A stretch of 64,000 nucleotides of DNA from the human T2T-CHM13v2.0 reference genome, Homo sapiens: the NCBI RefSeq assembly GCF_009914755.1, contig NC_060930.1; one strand, written 5' to 3'. A program made the translations under genes and the position numbers. Of the stretch, positions 13,833 through 27,500 are shown piece after piece. Position 1 is the stretch's first letter; each line of letters opens with the position of its first letter. Under the pieces are notes generated by a model. The model saw nothing but the letters and a program-made list of their open reading frames with translations. It was not told where the DNA came from and made no database searches.

Positions 13833-16555
13833 CGCGGAGCTCCAGCCCTCGAGTTTGGGCTTCCCGTAGGGATAGAGCCTGCGGGCCAACCTGGCTGCCC
13901 GAGTTGGAGCCAGCCGCGAAAAGACGGCAGAAACCCAAGGAGGGCGGGGTTCGGCCAGACTAAAACTGGGGGCGAAATTCATGCAGCGTTCATGAGACAG
14001 TCCTGCGTGACGGCCGAAAAACGTCAATCGATGTCGCCCTGGGACTCCGGGTCTTCGAATGCGGCCCAGCTTTGGCTATGCCACCTCCCTAGAGGCCCGC
14101 GCTGGCGAGGCCGAGCCCGAACGCGCGGGCGAATCCCACTTAGGTTCTACTTGGCGCAGGGACTCGGACGATGGCACCTAACCCGCCTTCCCGGGAACTG
14201 CCCAAACAGACTGGATCTGGACCTAAGGTTTAGACGACTGCTTGCCCTTCAGGGACAGTGGCCGGGAGGGCAGGAGGGGCTGCTGGCACACACCTGCACC
14301 TGCGGGACCTCTGATGAGGGCAGGGGGCGGCTCCTGGGCCGGCCTGGGGAGTAAGGAGACTCTGTGCTGAGGCCACGAGCTAGGCCCTTGGCTGGGGCCA
14401 CCGCGGACAGAGGATGGGACACACCGCGCAGACCTGGCTGACTGCGTGCTTCGGGCGGTGCGGGAGGCGCGACGGGGACCTCGACATGATTGTCCCCTGT
14501 CGGCCCTGCGCCGCCGAGGCCGAGTGACAAGGCGCAGGAACCGCCTATTCGGTGGGGCTACCAGCGGAAGGAAGTTTACTCTGCAGTGGACACTGTTTTA
14601 GCACTTTAAGAGTAGCAGGACCATTCCTAAATAATTGAGGTTCCCCCTCCTCCACACAAAATTTTAAAATTTCACGGATCAGACACTGGCAATGGGTGGC
14701 CCATTAAAATCATTAGGTGTTAGCAAGGTACAAGCCTCATTTTCCTGAGAAATACCTGGCGGGACGGAGAAGTGCGGTGAGAATCTATGGGCTCTCATTC
14801 TGTGTCCACATTTGGGTCTGTAAAAGCTGGAAGCTCCCAAGATTTCTTAGAACTGGACAACAACTCCCCTAGAAATTAGATTTGTTCTTTAGAAATTCAG
14901 CCCCGTTTTATCATTAGACGGGTGATTGCACCCTGCTTGAAAGCATCCCACCATAGCTTATAATACCTGTTTTTGTTGTTGTTTGTTGTTTTTATTAGTG
15001 ATCCCTCCCATTAAAGAAAAAAGTATTTTTTTTATTGATCTGATCTACAATTTCTAGCATATAAATCCGCCTTGCAAATGCTCTGCACGGAGTTTAGTTC
15101 TGCACTCCACATTTTAAGTCAACATCAAAACTGGAATTAAACACAGAAAACTAGCATGGAGGGTAAACTGTGCTTAAAGGCCTTTAAATGAGAAAAACTT
15201 CTGTAAGAAAATAAACATGGAAACCTAATGCTCAATCATTTCCCCAAGAAGCAAGAAAAACAGCCTTAAATCACCGACCCACGTGGGACATGGGGCCTCT
15301 TTTTCTTTTTCAGTTCTCTGCCTCAAAAAAATATAACACCATTAAGAATTTCAATCTTGAGGTGAATATTATAGAAACCATCTGTGGAAGTTTGTTTAAT
15401 CACCCTTGTAGAGATGATCTTTCCTGAGTAGTTACTAATTTCAACTCTGTGATTATTTTTATTTTTCCAAGACATCTTGTCAATGAAATGGCAATGTGAT
15501 GTTACCAAGATTCTGAATAGCTATAGATCAGAAAATATATCTGATCCTTTCAAAGTTGATTATGAAAGCCTCCACACCCCCAGCCAAAATTGCTTTAGAG
15601 CTGGATAACAAATATGTATGTCTTTCTAGTTGAATTTGTCCTATTTTGCACACAAATAAAGTCATGCTATTTTTTAGATCCTGCCCCTCTGGCTTTGATA
15701 ATACCAAAGATTTATACATTTCCATGTGCCTCAATTTTTTCTTTGCAAGGCTACTTTGGAATAGAATATGTCACTAATTGGCAGATATGAAGTGTTAGTG
15801 ATTTCTCAGTTATCTTTCCTAATTTTCTTTTTTCTCTGAAATCTCCAATCTAATGCTTTATTCTTAATTATTCCAGGTACCCATATTCCATTTCTCTGTT
15901 CTCCCACTCCCCCATTTTCACCTAAACAGTTTAATTTCATCTAGTCAGGCAAATAAAAGCTGAAACTTGCCCCCAGACAAGGAAGCTACTAGACTTGGGA
16001 GAAAAAAAAAAGTGTATTCGGCAAATGAGAAGGGAAGGAAATTGCCTGTATTTAAGGTGTATTTAAGGATATTTCTTCTTTCAAATATAATTATGAAATG
16101 ATTTTGTTTGTTCATTTAACTTATAGCCTTTTGGCATTACAGTGTGTTAGAGATGAAATAGTGTATGAACAAAACTGAAGTTTTACAGCATTTTTATACC
16201 TATAGCTATGTCACCAGATTAATAATTATTTAGATTATATACCTTATAAAATCCATATATTACCTGTGATAAGACACTTATACCTATCTTTATTTCATCC
16301 TTAAAGCTGTATTGAGGACCTACTATGTACTAGGGTGGCTTCATGATAAATGTAAAGATGAATTTCATCTTCCAACAAATTCCATTTAACGCCACTAGAA
16401 AAGATTACATCCATATAAAGTGATCAGTTTCCCCAACTGCCTTGGACCCCAATCTTGTTTGCTCTCTGCCTTCAGTCAACACTGAACTTAAATTTGGCAC
16501 CCCCTATAGGTTGTGCCTGGTCTTGCGATTGTGACTATTTTATTCCTTTGAAAGC

Positions 16556-16577
16556 TGTTGTTGTTGTTGTTGTTGTT
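16556..16577. repeat. (TTG)7 microsatellite
   Basis: Read directly. Confidence 0.85.
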
Positions 16578-16799
16578 CTTTAATATTTTAAAGAGCTGTG
16601 TTTGATTTTGGGTTTTTGAAGCTTGTCCACCGTCAAAAATTAAAAACTCATCCCTAGGAGCCAGCTGTTCTGATGACCCTGTCTAGCTCACTGGGTGGAG
16701 GCTGAGGGTGAGTTATGAGCTCAACAGTAGCTAGAGAAACAAATGATGTGCCCAGAGTTCACACATCGTCCATCCCCTCCTCCCCATAAACTCACACTC

Positions 16800-17460
16800 A
16801 CCCACAGAAGGGAGAGAAAGGAGGGGTCCGGGGCTCGGGGGAAGGTGAGGGGGCTGCAGAAAGCACAGTCACTGTTAAAGTAGCCAGAGGGGACCGTTCT
16901 GGCCACCAAGAGGACTCCAGCGGGAGCCTTCATTGGCGCTCTCTTTAAAAATAACGAGAGGTTGGCTGTAAGAGTTTATTTTGTTCCTATTTATTTATAA
17001 CGAGACTTATAATGTGTAGAGTTAGCACTTAATTATGCAAAAAGGCTTGCTCTTTTAAAAACAAAAACAAAACAACAGCAGAAAACAGCCCGATTTCCTC
17101 CCAGCTGCGCCTGCCCCCGGGTCTACACCAAGCCGACTAGCTTCCCTGGCCGGCCGACTCCCCGGGCTCTCCCGGCCGGCTCGGTGCCCGCCCCAGAACG
17201 CCGCCCTGCTATTCTTCTCCTCCCGCGATTACTCGCAGCCCCACAAGCAACACCATATGCTGCTTCTGATCAAACAGTGAGCGACATCGGCACCAATAAT
17301 TGACGAGACCGGCTGGAAATCACGCAGAAAGGGAGCCCACTGAGACCGCAGGGGCTGACAAATCACTGCTAATAATCCTGTTAGGAACAGTGCGGCCAGC
17401 GGAGTTCGCAATAGCTTTATTTTTATAAAGTAGGCGCTGACAGTATAAAAGACAACGAGA
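16800..17460. promoter_or_regulatory. Intronic CpG-rich block
   Basis: CpG-rich unique sequence interleaved with AT-rich motif clusters. Confidence 0.55.
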
Positions 17461-17561
17461 TCTCTTTTTTAAATAGAAGGCAGTGTGGTATAATGGTAAT
17501 TATCCCATCAACAATTCATAGCACAGTTTGAATGGGAAATGTGGTTTTTAGTATATAAGTT

Positions 17562-17614
17562 CCCCTTCTTTTTCTTCTTTTTTTCTTTCTTTCTTTCTTT
17601 TTTTTTTTTTTTTT
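17562..17614. repeat. Polypyrimidine (TTTC)n/poly-T tract
   Basis: Read directly. Confidence 0.85.
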
Positions 17615-19037
17615 AATTTTCAGGTACTTTAGGCTTTCATTTCTTTTTTCCCCACAGTTTCCAGGGTCAGAGAAGAACTGTTCAAGGAACTGCTTTAGGA
17701 GGGAACGACTAAAGCATCACTTGTAGTTTGAAGGTAGAACTGAACTATAATTTGAAAGTTTTCCTTTAGCTTGGAGCATGTTTTTCATGCTCCACTAATT
17801 TGGAGCATGTTTTGCAGGCTTTTTGACTTAGATAATAACTTTTATGTCATGATCAAGCAAAGTGAAACTGCAAACCCAATAATGACTGTTTCCTGCTCAT
17901 CCATTCATTTAACGGAAAACCACAAACCCCAAACATCTAAAATCAACAACAACAAAAACCTCCAGGGGTCAAATCAGAAGTTCTCATTTGTAAATAAACA
18001 CAATTCTTTCCCTTGGATTTTTGTTTGTTTGCTTGTTCAGTAATCCCTCTTTTACATTTCTGAATCCCCTTCCCCCAGCAAAGACATATCTAAAATATTT
18101 TTAAAAATCTGTTTGCATTATTTGAATCCAAGTAAAGGAAAAGATGGACAAATAGAAAAGTGTCCTTTTCTAGTAAGTATAAATGGTTGTATATAGGACA
18201 GTGTTCTATGAAAGCTGCTCTGTCCTCACACAGTGAATCTTGATAATCTAAATATGAGTTTTAAATCATGTCAACAGCTCAGCTATTCTAACTTCTAGGC
18301 CTTATAAGACAATTTTCTCAGGATCTATTTGCCAACCTGCCACCCAGAAGATATTTTCTAAGCGGGCTAGCCATCTTAATTCAATCTTATGTATTTTAGG
18401 ACTAGCCTATTATCTTACAGATAACATCAAGCCCACAGTTGCAAATCATCAAGCTCCAGAGTTAGTTTCAGAATCTGCGAATGTCTTGAAAACTCGGAAT
18501 AAATTTGCTTAGAATTTATTTAAGAACTTGAGTAAATTCAGGCATACTTGTTCACAAATATGCATGTTACTCATTTGCAAATCTTTAGATATATAGAGAA
18601 ATTATTATCTGGCCTATCTAGCTCCAGGTACATGGGTCTATCCACACCTGGCAAAAAAAAAATACAGAATTAGGCAGTGCTCCTGGTTTTTACTGGACAA
18701 AATTCTAACAAGAGGAGTAAAAAAGAAAGTCATGTTTGGATTAGTAGTACTTTCAATTGAGCCTAGTATCTGAAGTGTTGACAAAAGGACTGTTGGGCTG
18801 CTTCCCAACCAAACATATCTGATGGACTGAAGAGAAAGTATTGATGGGGAGGTAGAGGGAGCCTCAAAAAAGCGACAGAAATTCTGAGTTCAGTGAGGAC
18901 CTTAGTGAAGCAGCCGAGCTAAACTTCCCTTTGCAAAATATATATGTAAAATGCATTTCTCTGGTCACTGATGTCGGCTCATTGCCTGGCAAATCCCCGG
19001 CCCCTTCTGCCTTTGAAATTCCATCTGGGCAAAGTCA

Positions 19038-19684
<647 letters not shown>

Positions 19685-20362
19685 CTGTGAAGACAACAGC
19701 ATCAGAGCATAAGAGATCAGCGGCTCCACAAGTACTCACACACTCGTCCCAATTCCAAAAACACGGCCGGAAAGGGCCTCAGTGCGCCTAGCCAGGCGTT
19801 TTGGGTTTGTTTTTAAAGAAACGGGTAAATCGGCAGCGAGACAGCCCCCTGCAAATAATGCTGGCATTCCCTCACCCATGCCAGCCGCATCCTCCAGACC
19901 CCTGGGAAGTTGCCCAAACAACAAAATACATATTTCTGAAGACCCGCAAGGGATCTTCCGCCGCGGATCCCCGAGTCCGCGCCCAGGCCGGGCGCACGTC
20001 CCAGGAAAGCAGGTTTCCGCAAATCAGAATTCCTCCAAGGCGAGGCAGGGGCCTTTCAGCTCCCTACCTTGGCAGATCTGGACCTTGGCTACCTCTTTAA
20101 CTTGGGTCTCAAGTCTGAGGGATTCCTCAAAAAGTGACACTTACACACCAAGTCTCTCGGGACTCCCAAGGCGACCCAGCGCTCTGGCTGCCCAGCAGGG
20201 GCTGCAACAAGCGGGGCCCAGCAGCGCCAGGTTAACAGGTGGCGCGCTTGCGACAGCCCCTCGCAGGCTCCCCCGGGGGTGGGAGGCGCCGCGGCCTCTC
20301 CCACACCACCGCGGAGCTGCGGGGCTGCTGGGCGGGCGCGGGGCGTCTTCTGCTTCACCTAC

Positions 20363-20640
20363 CTTCAGTCCCCACAAGCGGCAGAGGTTTCGGGGGCGCC
20401 CATCTCTTAACTGTTCTCATGCCTACCGTCCAACCCAGCGACACCGCCGGCCTCTCCGCTTCCCACCGGCAGAGAGGAGCAGAGCATTCCCGGCTCCCTT
20501 TTCTGGATCATGAATTGGAGGAGGGGTGCGTGGCAGAAAGAGGAGGATGCAAGCTTTGGGACGAGTGAGGTGATTTTAGAATCCTGGTCCTCCGTAGTTG
20601 CTACGAAGCCAGTTCACTATTATTCCTAATTGGAAGCCGA
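20363..20640 (-). other. SIM1: Probable non-coding first exon of SIM1
   Basis: Starts about 25-30 nt downstream of the TATAAA box; ends at donor GAAG|GTAGGT (GT at 20362-20361). TSS is approximate. Confidence 0.6.
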
Positions 20641-20830
20641 AAACTGCCCCCCGTAACTTCTTTATAGCTTAAGGGTTTAGCTTCAACTTCACTCCGGGGC
20701 CGCCTCTCTCCCGCCCTCCCTCAATGCCACTCACAAGCCCCCTCGCCTCCCATTGGCCTGGCGCGGCCAGGGGCGAGGCGCTCATTGGCCAATAGGGCTG
20801 AGTGACACGAGTCGGCCCCGAGCCGCCCTC
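20641..20830 (-). promoter_or_regulatory. SIM1: SIM1 core/proximal promoter: TATA box, GC box, CCAAT boxes
   Basis: Minus-strand GCTATAAAG (TATAAA at 20666-20661); GGGAGGGCGGGAG GC box at about 20709-20721; CCAAT at 20756-20752; palindromic ATTGGCCAAT (a CCAAT on each strand) at 20784-20793; lies in a CpG island. Confidence 0.8.
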
Positions 20831-22799
20831 CGCGCGCCCAGGCTCCGGGCTCTGAATCTTACTACCCGCGGGACCGCTGGACTCCTAATGAGCTCAGGGT
20901 GCCGGGTCGGCGCTGTCCGGTTGCCGCCGCTGCTCGCGGCCTCCTGGGCCTTCCCGACGTCGTGCGCGACCCGCGCTCCTCGAGCTCCCTGGGGTCGGGT
21001 GGTTGAGCGCTCAGTCCAGCGCGGCGGCCCAGCAGAACCGGGAACGTCCGGAGGCAGCGGAGGTCGGGCCTGCGGGTTAGGTCTACCGGCGGAGGAGGCA
21101 GGGTTCGCCCAAAGGCCCATCCCGCTGGCAGTCGCTGGCCGACGGCGTGCGCGAGGCCGGTTTGGGGAGTTATTTTCTCTTTCTCGTTTCTCTGAAACCA
21201 TGGCGACACGGAATTCATTGCCAGAGGAAATAAATACAATAACTGTCTTTAAATTAATCCCAAAGAAGTGCGTCTTTTTCGAAATGGCTTGGGTTTGGGG
21301 CTGATTTTTTTCACCGTGGAAACTCGGCCGGGGAGTTTTCCTATGGGGAGCAGCTAGGGGGACACTAGGGGAAAAGCTTACATTTCAGGGCAAAATAGAA
21401 TGATTGATATAGAGATACATAGCTCCCAACAGTCCTTTATCTTAAACATTAGCCAACTCTTTGTCGGGTTTTGTTTCAGGAAACAAAAGTCCAACATGAT
21501 TATTCCTTACAGAAAGGATACAGTCTACATGAATGAACTTAACGATGCTCGCGGTTCCCTAATAGGAGCTGTTTAAACAAACGCTCACCAGGACTCTTGC
21601 TGACTAATTATCTTTTAGAGACCCTCTAATTTGAACCGCCTTCTCTTTCTCTCATCTGAGAAAACACAACAGGTAGCATCAAGAAAAAGTCAAATTGTCC
21701 CAAAAACAATTGTTGTCCTCACGAATCACCCCCTACAGACTCGACTCCCGGCTTGGTTTTGGTACGCCGGTGACCAGATTCGGCTCCTAGAGGTGCGTTT
21801 GGAGGGAGTTGTTTCATCTACCATAAAAATCAGTGAGAACACCAGTGACGGGGCACTCATCCTCTCGTTTGTGGCGCTAATTGCCACTGAGAAAATAAAT
21901 ACTTTGAAGAGGGGTGTGTGCCATTCTGCTGATATTCAGAACAACTTTAAGAGTGTTTGTTCAAAAATACAGACATCTGCCACCTCCTTGCCGCCCGATG
22001 GCAGTAAGATAGTCGTAGAAGGACAACAGCAGCTTTCTGGTGTTATTTACATATCTGGGCAACACCTGGCTGGAGGAGGTGAAAGTTTTGGATAGAAAGA
22101 AAAAGAAAGAAGCACGGAGATTTTGTAGGTCTTTCAAAACTGGAATCCAGCTAATGGACTCTAATCTAGGAGGAGTCATTTCCCCAGTGGCTGTAGCCAC
22201 TTAGAGATCTGGTTCTGGGCGCCTTCCAACCACCCAATGATGCGCTTTTAACAAGACATAGCTAGAAGATAGCGAGAGATGCACTGTGGCTCACTTATAC
22301 ACAAGATTCCAGAAAGATCAGATAAGGTCAAGTTGGCTACTACATGTAAAGTCGGGGGTGGAGGGTGCGTGTGGAGAGGGGAAATAACCTTTCTTGACCC
22401 TCCTCTCCCCTCCAACCAGGTCACATATAGCTGCCAGGCGAAGCAATGACACTTAGGGTTAAGAGGAGGTTTTCTATTCGACTGTGTTCTAGAGAGGATT
22501 TCAGTCAAGACCGCGGTTACTCTAACCCTATCTCTACTTAAAACAACATGCCGGTGTGGAAGTGCCTCTCTGGGGTTTGAAACCTGTGTTCACAGCAGGG
22601 ACTTCCGGGGGGTGGAGGTAGGGAGTCAGGTAATGCTGGGTTTCCAGAAGAAAAAATGCAGTAATTTTGCCTTCAGAAGCAAGATGGGCAAAATGAGTAA
22701 GGAAGTCTTCACGCTTAAGGCTGACGTCCTGGGGGGCTGGGCGGGCTGTTCCAATGTCCCAGTGAAGCTCAGTTGTCAATGAGCCAAGTAGATGTCGTT

Positions 22800-25500
22800 T
22801 AATAAACAAAGTGAATGCACGACCACGAGGTGACGGCCTCTCGCTAAGTCCTCAGCACACAACTGTCTGAGCCGCGTTTACCGAGAGAGTGAATTAGCAT
22901 GACGACGTAACACCTGTTTTTCTAATCTTTGAACCTAGGTTGGAGCCGGAACGCTGCTCCTTCACTCCCCCTCCCGGGCCCAGGGACCTGGCTTTGCACC
23001 CTCCCCACGACCCCGCCTGCCAGCCCCCCACGCGCCCTGTAGCCGGAGGCGTGAACCGTGAACCGGAACCTCAGGTGCCTCCCACGTGTTCTGCGAATTT
23101 ACGTTCGCCTCTAGCACGGGAAATTTTAAATGAATTTCTTGAAGCTCAGAGACTAATCGTTTTGCCAATATAAGGAGAAAAGCCCCAGAAAGGAAGAGAC
23201 GGTCACGGGCGACCCACTAACCCCAAATAGAGATCCTTATAGAGTCTAGGCCGCCACCTCCTTGAGCCGGTGGCCTTAAAACCTAGCCTCTGGCCCTCAG
23301 GCACCCAGAATGCGATCCTGATGTGGGAGAAAACCCATGCGGGGCTGCAAAAAAGTGTCTCCCTCCTTCCCCCACCAAGCAGGGCGAACAGCCTAGTGTG
23401 ATGGCGACACTGTTCCCCCAAGAGTCCCTGCCACTTCTGGGGCAACCCAGGATGCTGCCCTCATGGAGCCTGCCCCGGACCCCGGAGGCCAGGACATGCA
23501 GGCGTCCGTGACTCTACCCCAGGGGAGCCAGGCCGGGTAGATTCTGGAACCAACGCGCCTTTGTGAGCAATGTCTAGCATGCCGCGCGCACCCAGAAAGA
23601 AGGGGGAGCGGGCACCTCAAGGGCCTTCTGACCCCTCCCCGCAAAAGGCAAAATCAAGACTACAGAAGGTGAACTTTCGGTTGTAAAAGAACGAGTGAAC
23701 ACATACTGGAATTCCGGTGCAAACCGCCGAACCGGGGTTCAATGCCTCGGCCCCCGACCCTTGCTCTGGCACAGACCTCCACCCTGCCTTCCAAAAACTC
23801 CTCTAATGACTCTTCTTTGCTCCAGGCTGTTTGAGCATCTTATCAAAACTAGAATGATTTCTGTCCACCACCATTCTCTTTATTTTTTTGCAGACTGCTA
23901 GGGACGCACACATACACTTTTGCATGCTCGCACATCCCACATGCACAGTTGCACAAAGCACACACACATGGATTTTGCTCAATGTCCAAGGTCAGGATGA
24001 AGGATATATTTATAACCAAGATACAAAATCTGAAGATGGTCACTCGAACATCTCAGTATGTTACATCCAGATGTTCACTCTGTCACTGAAAAGGACAAGT
24101 TATCTAGGGACATATTATTGTCTTAGGAAATATTAACATTTTCTAGTTCCAAGTATATTAGTTAACGTAATCCTGTCCTAGACTCATTTATTTTTACCAC
24201 ATTTAGACATTTACATCTCTGAGAGTCGTTATGATGTTGAGGCAGAAACAAGGGCCACTTGTAGCCTTGACCCTAAACAAAGTGTAGAAGGAGCCCCCCA
24301 AAATATGGTCATATTTACTATTTAGAAGTTATGGTAAATATTACTTGTCTGATCAGGACGTTTTGAAAAGTATATTTTATGTATATAAATATAAAAAAAC
24401 CCTTTTCCTAGGTACTGCTTTTCAGTTGTCTCCCTAAATTGACCCGTGAAATACCCCCAAATTCACTTCAGTGGTTACACACTGGAAAAAAAGAAAGAAA
24501 GAAAAAAAGAAAATGCACCAAGTTGGAAAATGAGATTGGCGAATACAAGTAAGGGTTTCATATAGTTTCTCTAAATATTCTGGTTAATTTTCCAGATATT
24601 GGAAACCGTGGTCTAATATATAACCTTGAACGGCCGCTGGGAAATAAGTGCTTCTTGAATTGTGCACCACTGTATTTGCAGACATAAATTTTAAGCTTTA
24701 AAGAATATAATTATTTTAAAATATAATTGCTAGCTGGAAAGAGGTCTGATTCTGTGCATTCTGAGGATGGGAGCAGGTGGGTGCCTGCCGCTCCAGGTGC
24801 CTGCGCTTTCACACTTTTCTTTTCCAGAAATCGAGCGGAGGACGCTGTGTGTGCATAAATTTCAGCAACGCTGAATACAGGCACTCAACTGAGGCGTTCT
24901 AACTCTGGAGATGAACACTGGATTGGAAACTCGGGTTGAAAAACACTTTGATTCTTAAATCGGTTCCCGAATTTCAGACCAAACTCGGGGTCACTTGGCA
25001 TGGAGGTGGGGGAGGAGGGCGGCTTTTAAATATAAACCCTAAGGCCCCACCTTGATTTAGGAATAGGAAATCCCTGTCCGAATCGGGAATTGGCATTCCG
25101 TAAGGGAGCGGAGGGCCTCAGGCCACTAGGCAGCTCCGAACGCGGGGAAGCGGGAGCAAAGATGAGCTCAGAGCGAGGGTTGCCGGCGCCACCCTGGGCT
25201 GCGCAGTGAGGGGCCGTGGACCCGCCCCGAGACTCAGTGACAGTCGCAGCTTAACCCCGTTGGGGGCGCCGCCCCGCTGAGGTGGTTGCGTCTCCAAGTC
25301 GTGAGCCTCCAATAGCTGCTCCCGCTTTCGCGTCGCAACCCCAGGACCCCGGGAAATTACCACTGTGCTCGTCTGGGCCGGAGACCCGGTGCTTCGGAAG
25401 CCTGGGGCACATGCCTGGGTCCCACCCTAGACTCACCGCCTCTGGGCCCGAGACATGGGAATCTGCCCTTGAATATCTGGGCGCCTTTGCTGTTAGCGCG
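22800..25500. promoter_or_regulatory. Upstream CpG islands (about 22.8-23.8 and 24.8-25.5 kb)
   Basis: CpG-dense blocks upstream of the SIM1 TSS. Confidence 0.7.
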
Positions 25501-25683
25501 GTTTTGGAACTTGAGCGTGCATGGGAATTGATTGGAAGGCTGCTTAAAACACAGATTGCTGGGCCTCACTTCCAGAGTTTATGATTCAGTAGATCTGGGG
25601 TGGAACCCAATAGTTTATTTGCATTTCTAACAGGTTCCCAGGTGATGTTGCTGGTGAGGGAACCGCACTTTAAGAACCATTGC
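25495..25683. mobile_element. MER5A-type hAT-Charlie MITE
   Basis: TTAAAACACAGATTGCTGGGCC...GATTCAGTAGATCTGGGGTGG...TTTGCATTTCTAACAGGTTCCCAGGTGATG...CACTTTAAGAACCATTG. Confidence 0.8.
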
Positions 25684-26309
25684 CTTAGTCTGCTTTTTCT
25701 CAGCCTGCTTCTGAAGTAGAAGACTGTGAGGAGGGAAAATATTCGAAGCGATGTCCCTAGTATTGTGGGATCTTGAACATACAGCATAAAATGATAGGGC
25801 GGTCTAGTTGAGGCCCAGGAGTGAGGCTGTCCTCTGTGATAAGGATGGGGTCTCTGAAGATGGCTTATTCCTGCCTCCTTAGGAAAGTGGTTAGTGTCAA
25901 AAAAGGGAGAGGAAGCCGGGGCAAACTTCCGTGGGGAGTTTGGCTTCAGAAGAGCAGGGAAATACACAGGGTGCTCTCACAATGTTTCAGTGTTCCAGGG
26001 TTCTCAGCTATGTTGCTGGAAATAAGTCCAGAGACTTTGGTTCAGTCAACCAGGGGTGGGACACACTGGAAATATAGCAGACAAGCATTGGTTCTCCTTT
26101 TGGCCTCAAACCTGTTCCCTCATTTTTCAAGACCACTTAGGCATAAAGGGTTCAAGGTGTGTGTGTGTGTGATGTTGGTGCAGGGGGAGTGGTCGCTAGA
26201 GGAGGGGGCCCTGCCTGGATGCATTGGGCCAGGGTGGTCTAGGCCTCCCCTCAAGTGGCAAGGGCTTCCTCTTGTGCAGGGTCAACGTTATGACACAGCT
26301 TTGTTGATC

Positions 26310-26561
26310 CTTAAGCACTTTTGTAATGTTTTTATGGCTCCATCCTGCATAAGAAAATATTTTAAAATTATATTTTGCAACTGCATTGGTAAACAGATGA
26401 GTGTAATTCAGATTGGTTTCATTATCATATATTCATTATTCTTACATTTTTTTTTCTTCTGATGGTAAAAGAAATAAACAGTGAAACATTTTTCTCAGGC
26501 CGTAAAACTACATGGGCCCTAGGCACTGTGACTATTGTGTGAAATGGATAAGTCAGTGCTG
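26310..26561 (-). mobile_element. Probable hAT-Tip100 DNA transposon fragment (MER115/Zaphod-like)
   Basis: End GGGCCCTAGGCACTGTG...AATGGATAAGTCAGTGCTG resembles Tip100-family termini; family uncertain. Confidence 0.35.
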
Positions 26562-26959
26562 CTCCTAGGTACACCTGGGATGATATGGATGCTGGGCATG
26601 CCTTTTCCCAGCAGTGGTTCCTAAGCCCCTTTCAGATGAGAGAGGTTTGGGATGACAATCTCTATCCATGAGTCACAGCTCCATTTCTGGAATGAAGCTG
26701 TTCATCTCCTCAGGGCTCCCACTGCAGAGTCCCTCCACCCTAAAACCGAGTGGAAAATCCAGACCGATTAGACTACCAGCACCATTTCTTATCTTAACAC
26801 CTGGCCTGCTTCACTTATTTTCCTTACCTAGAAATCCAGATTATTAAGTGAAATCCAATTTTAAAACACTATGCAAACCAAGCAAGTGGATCTTGGGCTA
26901 CCAATTTATGTCTCCAGCTATACAACTACGTAGCTTCTTATTACTCTTCTGGAGTTTCA

Positions 26960-27500
26960 AGCAAACATTAAGATTTATATTACACACACCGTTCTGCACC
27001 TTGATTTTTTTTCACTTTTCATGACAGTATACAGAAAGCTTCTTCATCCTTTCTTTCCTAAACATCTGTATAGCATTCCAGGAAATACCAGTATAAATTA
27101 TTTAACCTTTCACCCACTGAGGACATTTAGGTTTGTTTCCCATTATTGCTTCACAAACAATGCTGCAGTGGATAACTGTACACATGTCATTTACCTGTGT
27201 ACAAGTACACCCACGGGACAAATTCCCAACAATGGAGTTGCTATATTGAAGGATACATGGATTTGCACTCCTGATAAACATTGCTAAATTGCCCTCCATG
27301 ACAGTTTTGCCAATTGACACTCTCATCAGCAATGTGTGAGGGTGACTGTTTCCCTACAATCTTCGAATGAAGCACATTATTAACTTTTTTCCCAGTCTAC
27401 TAGATGAAAATTGATTTTTAATTTTTTTCTGTTATTAGGGAGGTTTGGCATCTTTTCATATGCCTAAGTGCTGCTTGCATTTTTCTACTGGAAACTGTCA
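26960..27500 (-). mobile_element. Old L1M (L1ME-like) 3' fragment
   Basis: GGACATTTAGGTTTGTTTCC...ACAAACAATGCTGCAGTGGATA...ATTGCTAAATTGCCCTCCA. Confidence 0.6.

Larger units (their letters stand above)
19750..21350. promoter_or_regulatory. Promoter CpG island
   Basis: Very high GC and CpG density around the TSS, estimated by eye. Confidence 0.85.

Noticed and set aside
13546-14354. ORFs with SLSLSL or ERERER runs (207 aa, 130 aa)
   Set aside because: Translation of the (TC)n microsatellite inside a CpG island.
19782-21304. Long ORFs in the promoter island (243 aa, 183 aa, 139 aa)
   Set aside because: GC-rich, stop-poor DNA giving Arg/Pro/Gly/Ala-rich translations; the 243 and 183 aa ORFs start at GTG/TTG; no recognisable domain.
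21631-22095. 154-aa plus-strand ORF upstream of the promoter
   Set aside because: TTG start, no internal Met, no known family.
24540-24675. Possible Tc1/mariner terminus (…CACCACTGTA)
   Set aside because: No matching second inverted repeat found.
25821-26462. 213-aa plus-strand ORF
   Set aside because: No recognisable homology, runs into a probable transposon remnant, and an ORF of this length is not unexpected by chance in 64 kb across six frames.
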